Source: Candidatus Zixiibacteriota bacterium (GTDB taxonomy: Bacteria > Zixibacteria > MSB-5A5 > GN15 > FEB-12). Taken from it: 42,948 nucleotides of DNA. Below are positions 18,714 to 27,580 of the stretch, in pieces. The first letter of the stretch is position 1, and every line of letters begins with the position of its first letter. Both the position numbers and the translations under genes were made by a program. The DNA is taken from NCBI GenBank assembly GCA_030591625.1, contig JAUVAR010000002.1:1-42948 (forward strand), read 5' to 3'. The notes under the pieces are model-generated. The model searched no databases. It was not told where the DNA came from and saw only the letters and a list, made by a program, of their open reading frames with translations.

Positions 18714-21700
18714 TCGCCTTTATCATAAGACGTCCTGTGCTGGTGGCTATGATAATAGCCGCACTCTGTTTGCTGGGCATTGTTGCGTATGATCGCCTGC
18801 CGGTTGAAAACCAGCCCTCAATCGAACTACCTATGTTAATTGTAGTGGTTGGTGGTGCCCGCGACTCTGACCCATCTTATCTTGAACGACATGCGGTAGT
18901 ACCACTTGAGAGTGCAATAGCCGGACTTGAAGATATTGAGTCGATAGAATCATACATCAGTCGTAACCGAACAACTGTCTTTGTTTATTATCAACAATCA
19001 ACTGATGTTCGTTATGCCTACCTCAAGCTTCAACAGCGAGTAAAGGCTGTTCAACAGGAGATGGGCAACAGTTTCTTTTTCTCTGTCTGGAAAATTGATA
19101 CAGAACAATTAGCAAACAGGTTTATGACACTCGAAGCGCGTGGCGCAGGTGATGTTGATCAGATACGAAACGTAATTGACCGTAAGGTAACTGCTGAACT
19201 CCAAAATATCGACGGTGTCGCTAATGTCGCAATCTATGGCGGGCGTGAACGTTCGGTTGAAATTCTTCTTGATGAAACAGCAATGGCTGCACATAAGCTG
19301 ACTTCGGCACAAATCAGAAACGCTATCGCATCGGGCAATCAGGACCGTCAGTTCCTTGGCCATGTAACTGATGGCCGACGTAAGCATGCAGTAAATTTGG
19401 GGTCCGATCTTACATCCGTAGAAAATCTTGGTAATATTGTTCTGAAGGAACAAGGGCCGGTTCTGCTTAAGCATGTTGCCGAGGTATTAGATGGTGCGTC
19501 GGAAGAGACTTCGATTTCACGAGTCAACGGCATGGAGTCAGTTTCGGTTTCAATAATTCGTGAACGACAGGCGAACTTATTGGAACTGGCCGAACGAACT
19601 CATGAACAGATTGAAAAACTTAATGAACAACTCAAGATTGATGGTATCGAGCTAATCGTAAAAGAAGATCAAGCTGAAGCGATCTCAAAAAATATTGACA
19701 CGATCAAAGAGCTTGCACTAATCGGTTCAATTTTGGCAATAATTATACTATGGCTTTTCCTTCGCAACTTTGCTTTGGTGCTTGTTGTTGCCGGAGCAAT
19801 TCCGATATCTGTTTTGATAGCACTCAATTTCTTTTATGTCTATGACCTGACAATCAATACGCTCTCGCTTTTTGGAATCGCTATTGCCATTGGTATGCTG
19901 TTGGATAATAGTGTTGTTGTTTTAGAATCGATTCACAGACAGATAGGACTGGGCAAAAATCCGTACGATGCGGTCATCATCGGGGCCGGCGAAGTTTGGC
20001 GTCCTGTCATGGCTTCCACTATGACTACAGTTGCGGTTTTCCTTCCGTTTATTTTTACCGACAACTTTTTGATACAACTGTTGGGACGTCATATTGGAAT
20101 TTCGATTGTCTCGACTCTGCTTGTATCACTCGGTGTTGCCTTTTTAATTATTCCCGCTTTCGCATACAGATTTTTGTCTAAGAAAAGTGATTCGTCAATT
20201 GCCGACATGAACATCATTCCCCGCTCAAACCGAATGATGCAAATTTATACTCTATTCTTAAAATCATGTCTGCGTTTCCCTGCTCGTACTTCGATTATTA
20301 GTGTCGTTGTGCTTTTCATGAGTATCATAATTTGTCTCGCGGTCAGTATCAATTCTCCAACTGAGGTAGAATCAGAGATGTTCAATCTCTATGCTACTCT
20401 TCCAAGCGGGACAACTCTTGACGTTGCTGACATACAGTCTGTAAAGATGGATGAACGAATTTCTGACATTGCTGAGTTAAAAGAACGTGCGGCTCAGATT
20501 GAAGAAGATCAAATCACTTTCTCGTTTGAATTGCTTGAAGATTACGAAGATATTGATGATCGTGACTTGAGTGCGGTTAAGTCTGCAATTATCAATAGTC
20601 TCGAAGATGGTTTTCCAAGAATAGATTTTAATTATGAACAGCCACTCTCCGATTCTCGTTATCAAGGAGGCGGTGGTGGAGGCATGGGCGGAGGAGGCGG
20701 TGATGAACGCGCCTTTGGACGTTTGCTCGGTATCGGTGTAGCCGAAGAAAAAGTTATTATACGTGGACAGGATATCGGTTTGCTCGCAACTGTCGCCGAT
20801 GACATTCAGTACAACATAGATAATATGGAAACAGTGCGTCGTTCGCGCCAAAGTATCGCTTCTCCAAGACCAGGTATTGATTTGGTGTTTAGTAAAACTG
20901 CAGTTGGTTATTTTGGTATTACTCCACAGGCGATAATTGCAGAACTATCGAATTTTCAGAGTGAAGTTTCTTCCGGCGTAAGCTTACAGGATGGCGACGA
21001 AAAAATATCGGTCATCCTCAAGAATGAAGAACTTGAGGAACGAAATTCTGATGATTTAAGAATACTGCAAATTCCTTCGAATGTTGGCGGTACTGTTCCG
21101 ATCAGTCAATTAGCTCGGTTAGTTTATACTTCATCACTTTCCGGGATTAACAGAATCAATCAGGAAAAAGAGGTTGAAGTAACTTATACTTTTGAAGATG
21201 ACATCACTGGATCAAAACAACTATTAGATGATGCAAGAGCATCGATTGATGATGTCATAGACGATATCATTCCTCCACCGGGAATTTCAATTGAAGTTGT
21301 TCATGATGAACTTGATCTTTCAGAATTTTATTTCCTTATCTTTGCAGCAATTGTTTTGATCTTCATGATTTTAGCTTCTGCTTTTGAATCATTGATTCAA
21401 CCTCTGGTCATGATGTTCACAATACCGCTTGCAACTGTTGGTGCCTTTTGGGGTCTTATTCTTACCGGAAATTCTATCATGAACGCCAACGCTTTGATAG
21501 GATTCATAATTTTGCTCGGTGTGATTGTGAACAACGGTATTATTCTGATTGACTACTCACGTTTGCTTCAGAAAAGAAATTATCGTCCTACGCGCGCTTT
21601 GCTGATGGCCGGACAGGCTCGCTTGCGTCCAATTTTGATAACTACTATTACTTCAGTTCTGGCGATGATTCCTCTGGCGATGGGCAACACCGACTATGTA

Positions 21701-23443
21701 GCAAAAATTGGGGCACCATTTGCAATTACGGTTATTGGCGGTCTTTCAATCGGAACACTGTTCACACTCTTATTGATTCCTACTTTTTCTTATGGCATGC
21801 ACACCGCCTTGGTATGGTGGCATAAGCTATCATTAAGAATCAAACTGATTCAGTTAGTTGCGTTGATTGGAGCTTCATTTATGATTTATAATGGTGTTGA
21901 TTCAACTCTCTGGCAATTTGCGAATCTGATCGCAGTATTTGGAATTGTACCTGGCATTACATATTTCAGCATGACATCACTAAGACGTGCATCATCAAAA
22001 ATAATTCCTGAGACTGATCCTATCACCATCAAAATCCACAACGTTGTAAAGTTCTATGACGGCTTCTCTCGTTTCGTTAGAGAATGGCACAAAGCTGATA
22101 GACGCAATGAACACTTACAGGCAAGAGGAGAACGGTTGCCGGGCAGAAAGACGATTGATCAAATCTGGCAACTTCCACTTTGGCTTTTCCATCTATACTT
22201 TGCGTATATCCATGCCGAAAGTGGTTTCTGGATTCTGATTTTCGCTATCACTGCATATATCCATACTGTTTTGTTAGGCAGATTTATTCTTGGTATCTTT
22301 AAGAGTAACGATAATCATTCAATCAAAAGTGCAAAATGGTACCAACGCCTGCTCACTCTTATCGTCTGGATTGCCCCGGGTGCAAATATTGGATGGTGGC
22401 TCTTCGGTCATGATGCTATCGCTTCGGCAATTGTCTTTGGTACACCGTGGTATCTGGCTGTTCTAATATGGCGAACTTCGGAAATACTATATCGCAACAA
22501 AACCGATATCATGCGTCTTACCGGCAGGTTCAAAAGAACCCGCAAACTTTTTTATCGCATGGTAAAAGCTATTCCAATAATTGGTAAGAAGAAGATTCCG
22601 TTCCGTGCTCTTGATCAAGTATCATTGGAAATCGGAAGCGGCATGTTTGGACTTGTTGGTCCTAACGGTGCAGGTAAAACTACCTTGATGCGAGTTATAT
22701 GTGGAATCCTCGAACAATCGCAGGGTGTAGTGACCGTTAATGGACTTGATCTAAATGAGTACCGCGAAGAAATGCAGGCATTGATCGGATATCTTCCGCA
22801 GGAGTTTGGTACTTATGAAAATATGACGGCGTATCAATTCCTTGATTACCAGGCGATTCTTAAAGGCATCACCGAACCAACAAAACGCAAAGAGATTGTT
22901 GAACGTGCAATCAAATCAGTGCACCTGGGAGAAAAACGGAATACTAAGATAAAAGCATTCTCCGGTGGTATGAAACAACGCGTTGGTATTGCACAAACAT
23001 TATTGCATTTGCCTCGCATTCTTGTTGTTGATGAACCAACGGCCGGACTCGATCCACGCGAGCGAATAAGATTCCGTAATTTACTTGCCGATCTTGCTCG
23101 TGACAGAGTTGTTATTTTTTCTACTCACATAATTGAAGATATATCAAGTTCGTGTAATCGTCTCGCCGTCTTAACCGATGGAAAGGTCAGATTCCTCGGC
23201 ACACCTGTTGAAATGGTTAAGCTGACCGAAGGCTATGTATGGCAAGCAACTGTGAGTGAGGAGTTCTTCGAAACTTTCCGTACAAAAGCAAGAGTTGTGC
23301 ATCATATGCGTGATGGTGATGGAATAAAATTACGAGTACTCTCAAAAGAGAAACCACTGGAACAGGCAAAAGCTGTGACGCCGTCGCTTGAGGATTCATA
23401 CCTTTGGTTGCTCGATACTATGGAGACCAGAGATGACAACTAA
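18710..23443 (+). CDS. RND efflux permease (RND2) fused to extra TM helices and a C-terminal ABC ATPase domain (NBD2)
   Basis: 1577-aa uninterrupted ORF. aa 1-~1030 is an RND permease (TM4 '[13 protein letters not shown]', TM11 '[12 protein letters not shown]'). aa ~1040-1095 holds 2 hydrophobic helices. aa 1105-1118, '[14 protein letters not shown]', is the NBD strand beta1. aa 1119-1295 is a hydrophobic insertion. From aa 1296 the NBD continues with Walker A [9 protein letters not shown] (22658-22684), [19 protein letters not shown] and STH. Confidence 0.85.
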   Translation: [1577 protein letters not shown]

Positions 23444-24170
23444 CAACCAATCTTCTACATCTCTGCTCGGAAAACTTTCTACTATTATTACATTCCTTCG
23501 CTATAATGCGTCGAACATCTTTGCGGGTAAATTCTTCTACTTCCTCGGGCTTGCAGTTGCAATTTATTTTACTGTAATTATTATTTATGTCCTTGATGAA
23601 GCACTACCCCCGGATGCTGAAGTTATTTACTATATGCTGCTCGTTCCAAGTGTCTTGCTGGTTTTTTATCCATCTTGTTACTCGATACAGGCAGATGTTG
23701 ATTCACGCATGATTGAAACTCTTTTTGGCATTCCTGATTATCGTTACAAAGTCTGGCTTGTGAGAAATCTGACTCAGTATGGGGTTGTAATTATTTTATT
23801 AAGCGGGCTTGCTATTTTAAGCAGATTTGCTATTGCAGAATTCAGCATTACAATGATGCTGTACCATCTTCTATTTCCTGTGATTTTCATAGGGAGTCTT
23901 GGTTTTTTAACTTCGACAATAAGTCGTTCCGGTAATGGTACGGCGGTGATTATGGTCATAGTGTTAATGGTTTTTTGGATTTTGTCTGCAGATGTACTTG
24001 AAGAGAGCAGATGGAATCTGTTTTTTAATCCATTTGAAAAAGTTGATATGTATCAAACTGTCATGCTCGAAGCTAACACATTTTATAATCGTGTCTATTT
24101 GATTGTTGGTTCAATTATTGCAACGATGCTTGCACTATTAAGACTGCAAAAGCGAGAACGATTTATATAA
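23433..24170 (+). CDS. ABC-2-type polytopic membrane protein (putative permease 2)
   Basis: ORF 23388-24170, whose track start is a TTG. I prefer the ATG at 23433, which overlaps the upstream gene end by 11 nt. It has ~6 hydrophobic helices and no other motif. Confidence 0.55.
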   Translation: MTTNNQSSTSLLGKLSTIITFLRYNASNIFAGKFFYFLGLAVAIYFTVIIIYVLDEALPPDAEVIYYMLLVPSVLLVFYPSCYSIQADVDSRMIETLFGIPDYRYKVWLVRNLTQYGVVIILLSGLAILSRFAIAEFSITMMLYHLLFPVIFIGSLGFLTSTISRSGNGTAVIMVIVLMVFWILSADVLEESRWNLFFNPFEKVDMYQTVMLEANTFYNRVYLIVGSIIATMLALLRLQKRERFI

Positions 24171-24196
24171 GCAATATTGTATTTATTAATATAGAA

Positions 24197-24228
24197 AGCC
24201 TGACAGTTAATTTCAAAACTATCAGGCT
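24197..24228. terminator. Bidirectional rho-independent terminator between convergent genes
   Basis: AGCCTGACAGT (24197-24207) pairs with ACTATCAGGCT (24218-24228) at 10 of 11 positions, with a 10-nt loop. Both flanks are T/A-rich. Confidence 0.65.
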
Positions 24229-24253
24229 CTATTTGTTTATGTAGAGTTAATTA

Positions 24254-26152
24254 CTAATGTCGTTCCTGACAACAACCAAATCCTTCACCGGCGTTAATAA
24301 CTTCGTCGGTAAATGGTCCTTCGGGGAGTTTCAGTGCGGTCGGTGCAATTTGATTCATTGTCATCGCATCGTATAGACGTCCGTTGATCATCGTATATTT
24401 TATATTCTCCGACTGTCTGATATCAGCAAGCGGGTCACCATCAATAACAATAAGGTCAGCAAGCAATCCACTCTGAATCGAACCGAGTTGACCATCTAAA
24501 CCAATCGCTCGCGCACCCATCCATGTCGCAACACGTAATGCCTGATGCGAAGTCATGCCACCCTGCTCAAACATCCAAATTTCCCAATGAGCTGCAAGTC
24601 CCTGCATCTGACCATGCGAACCCATCTGAACATTGCCACCACGACGAACAACTTCTGCGGCTGTTTGCGCAATTGTAATATGATGATATTCTCTATCGGG
24701 TGCCATGTCACGACGAACTGATTTAGGTTCATAGACCGAACGCGGCGTGAACGCAGCCAGACGTTTGTTTTCATATACCTTTGTATGTTGATACCAGTAT
24801 TTCTCACCTGAGAGACCACCGTACGAAACAACGAGCGTAGGAGTGTAGCCCGAACCAAAACGACTAAGCAAATTCAACTCAGGTTCATACAACGGTGCCA
24901 CCGGGATGTTATGCTCAAGTGTTGTGTGGCCATCTAATAGTTGAGTCATGTTATGATGAAGGGTCGAACCACCTTCGGGTACGACCATTATACTATCGGC
25001 CAGAGCAGCTTTGATAACCATCTGACGTTGATTACGTCGCGGCTGGTTGTAGCTCTTAACCGAGAACGCACCCCATGCAGCAGTACGTTTGATAGCTGAG
25101 ACAGCATCTTCATATTTGTTGATGACCGTTTTGAAACTTCCGTCGGCCCCATACAAAATTGTACCTGTGCTAAAAATGCGAGGTCCAATCAACATCCCTT
25201 TGCGAACACGTTCACTTGCGGCGAATATCATTTGAGTATTGTTCGATGGGTCATGAATAGTTGTTACACCAAACGCAAGATTGGCAAGAAGACTCCAACT
25301 CTGTTGAGCATAGATGCCACTATTGCTCGACCATACGTGCGCATGAACATCAACAAAACCCGGAAGGACAGTCATGCCGGTAACATCGATAATCTGTGCA
25401 TTAGCGGGAATATTTATTGAACCAGCCGGTCCAACTTCTGCAATTTTGTTATTAACTACATGCACAACACCATTCTCGATGATCGACATATCATGCATCG
25501 GGAGAATACGACCACCTACGAAATAGATATCAGTCGCAGGCAAATCGTCAGTTTCAGTCCAGCCGATATTGGCGATCGCTTGAACAGCTTCATCTTTTTC
25601 GTCCTCTTCTGCATCTTCGTCATTGCTGTCATCACCGTCGTCATCATCATCTTTTTCTTCAACGACGTAAAGTGAATCAACAAACTCGGAGAAAAGTTCT
25701 GGACCAAGAGACCATGTCACCTGTTTGCTGTCGTGTGTCCAGCCGAGATAAGTTCCGGCATGTTCGCTCAACTGTTTAACCGGAAGGCTTTTCATGCTCG
25801 CTTGAACAGAAAGTGGCATCGGCGATTTTGGGAACGGGATAACATAGCTCTGCCATAATTCTTCGAAGGCGAGCCAGTTTTCATCGGGCGACAATCTGTA
25901 ATCAACCGCGTATTTCGATTTAGCAATCACTCGCCGGTCGGAACCGAGAAGGTTGTAAGAAATAAGTGCCGCACCGTCACCCTCCCAACCTACAAGATAA
26001 ACACGGTTGCCATCTTTGGAGAAACGTGGTGTTCCACCGGAGCGTGTTAACAGACGCGGATCTTGTTTACCATCGATACTCGCAATATAAATACCCGGCT
26101 CTTCATCCCAGATCCTTCCACGAAATGAATCACCACCCGAACGATCATACAC
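24254..26152 (-). CDS. Amidohydrolase-family domain with residual PD40 repeats; C-terminal part of a gene interrupted by an in-frame TAA
   Basis: PD40-like 'RFSKDGNRVY' and 'RLSPDENWLAF', then an acidic linker, then the metal-binding 'GFVDVHAHVW' of amidohydrolases. The track 'start' is a GTG 6 nt after an in-frame TAA that ends ORF 26159-27580. Confidence 0.75.
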   Translation of the reverse strand: MYDRSGGDSFRGRIWDEEPGIYIASIDGKQDPRLLTRSGGTPRFSKDGNRVYLVGWEGDGAALISYNLLGSDRRVIAKSKYAVDYRLSPDENWLAFEELWQSYVIPFPKSPMPLSVQASMKSLPVKQLSEHAGTYLGWTHDSKQVTWSLGPELFSEFVDSLYVVEEKDDDDDGDDSNDEDAEEDEKDEAVQAIANIGWTETDDLPATDIYFVGGRILPMHDMSIIENGVVHVVNNKIAEVGPAGSINIPANAQIIDVTGMTVLPGFVDVHAHVWSSNSGIYAQQSWSLLANLAFGVTTIHDPSNNTQMIFAASERVRKGMLIGPRIFSTGTILYGADGSFKTVINKYEDAVSAIKRTAAWGAFSVKSYNQPRRNQRQMVIKAALADSIMVVPEGGSTLHHNMTQLLDGHTTLEHNIPVAPLYEPELNLLSRFGSGYTPTLVVSYGGLSGEKYWYQHTKVYENKRLAAFTPRSVYEPKSVRRDMAPDREYHHITIAQTAAEVVRRGGNVQMGSHGQMQGLAAHWEIWMFEQGGMTSHQALRVATWMGARAIGLDGQLGSIQSGLLADLIVIDGDPLADIRQSENIKYTMINGRLYDAMTMNQIAPTALKLPEGPFTDEVINAGEGFGCCQERH

Positions 26153-26158
26153 GAAAAA

Positions 26159-27580
26159 TTACCAAACCCGTGAACAAGATACAGAGGCGTAATGCCCTGG
26201 TCGGTCAACAACCGTGCGTGCTTTGCTTCCATTTAGCTTCATCACCATGACTCGGCCACCTATGCGGTCGTTCCATGTTGTGTATGCGATCATTTTTCCA
26301 TCGGGAGAGATTTCCGGAGCAAATTCATAAGCATCTATTTGTTTGGTTAATCTTGTTTGTTTACCACTTGCAAGGTCATAGGCACGTATGTAACCGAGAG
26401 CTTGAAAGATTACTTTCTTGCCATCTGGAGTTAGCTGTGGCCACCTGGCAACTTTGATATTGAATTTACCCGATGTAATATCAGGCGAGAATCTAAGCGG
26501 GTCAGCCACAACCTGTTCGATACTTGCTTTGAATGGGATTTGATTTGCCATCCCCGTTGTTGCATCGATGCGCCAGATTTTACCTTTTGCCCAGATAACG
26601 ATCTGTTTTCCGTCGGAGGTCCAGTCAAAGCCTGGCCATACTCCAAAGATCGCCCATGCTTCCTGTTGGTCACGGTCGAGCTGATCCCAAAGATGCTTTA
26701 TCGTTCCGGTTTCAATATCAAACAACGACAACACCGAACGATCCTGAACCCGCCTTACGAAGGCAATAGTCCTACCATCGGGTGAAACTTGAGGCCTGAC
26801 AGCGCCACCATTCAAACGTACAAGATTGCGTAGTTCGTTTGTTTCCAGGTCAAGCCTGCGGACAACATAGATCGACCCATTAGGATCTTTGTTATACTGG
26901 AACGATGACCCGCCCGACATATCCTCCGACCAGTACAGATATTTTCCATCGGGAGAGATGACGGGTTCACCGGCATCCTGTTGTTGATTTTTCCGTTTGG
27001 TTAATTGAACGCCACTACCTGGTTCATCTATTCTAAAGAGCCACATCTCTCCGGCACCGAGTGAACGACCCGATGTAAAATGTTTTCGCGCAACAAAGTA
27101 TTCACCACCCGGATGCCAGGTACCGTTGTTTAGAAGACGAAAAGTTTCAGTCGTTAAGGCATGACGATTTGTACCGTCTGAATTCATCACCCAGATATTA
27201 TCGCCACCGCCACGATCGGATGTAAACAGAATCTGTTGGCCGTCGGGACTGAAACGCGGTTGGATTTCGTATGGAAGTCCGCCAGAGATCAGCGTCGCCT
27301 CTCCCCCTGCGAATGGAATAGTGTAAATATCACCGAGCAGATCAAAAACAATTGTTTGTCCATCGGGCGAGATATCTACAGACATCCATGTCCCTTCGGT
27401 CGTTTCGAACCGGACGGTGTCATGAGGGACAGCTATTTCGGCAACGTCCCAATCTTTATCTTTTTCGGTTTTTGTAGAGTCTGTTTCTGTCTTAGTGGAA
27501 TCTTCGGTCGCAAGTGTCAGTGCAGGCAACACTGATGCGAGAAAAAAGCAAAAGCTTAGTAGTTTTTTTATTATACTCAC
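26159..27580 (-). CDS. Exported TolB-like (PD40/WD40-like) beta-propeller; N-terminal part of the propeller-amidohydrolase gene
   Basis: GTG start after GGGAGG, with a signal peptide. At least six PD40-type repeats are present (RFSPDGQQILF, VISPDGKYLYW, QVSPDGRTIAF, QLTPDGKKVIF, EISPDGKMIAY...). It ends at a TAA that is in frame with 24254-26152. Confidence 0.75.
   Translation of the reverse strand: MSIIKKLLSFCFFLASVLPALTLATEDSTKTETDSTKTEKDKDWDVAEIAVPHDTVRFETTEGTWMSVDISPDGQTIVFDLLGDIYTIPFAGGEATLISGGLPYEIQPRFSPDGQQILFTSDRGGGDNIWVMNSDGTNRHALTTETFRLLNNGTWHPGGEYFVARKHFTSGRSLGAGEMWLFRIDEPGSGVQLTKRKNQQQDAGEPVISPDGKYLYWSEDMSGGSSFQYNKDPNGSIYVVRRLDLETNELRNLVRLNGGAVRPQVSPDGRTIAFVRRVQDRSVLSLFDIETGTIKHLWDQLDRDQQEAWAIFGVWPGFDWTSDGKQIVIWAKGKIWRIDATTGMANQIPFKASIEQVVADPLRFSPDITSGKFNIKVARWPQLTPDGKKVIFQALGYIRAYDLASGKQTRLTKQIDAYEFAPEISPDGKMIAYTTWNDRIGGRVMVMKLNGSKARTVVDRPGHYASVSCSRVW

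Noticed and set aside
25590-25665. Highly acidic tract (EEKDDDDDGDDSNDEDAEEDEKDE) in the propeller-amidohydrolase gene.
   Set aside because: It is a low-complexity inter-domain linker and is not evidence of a separate feature.
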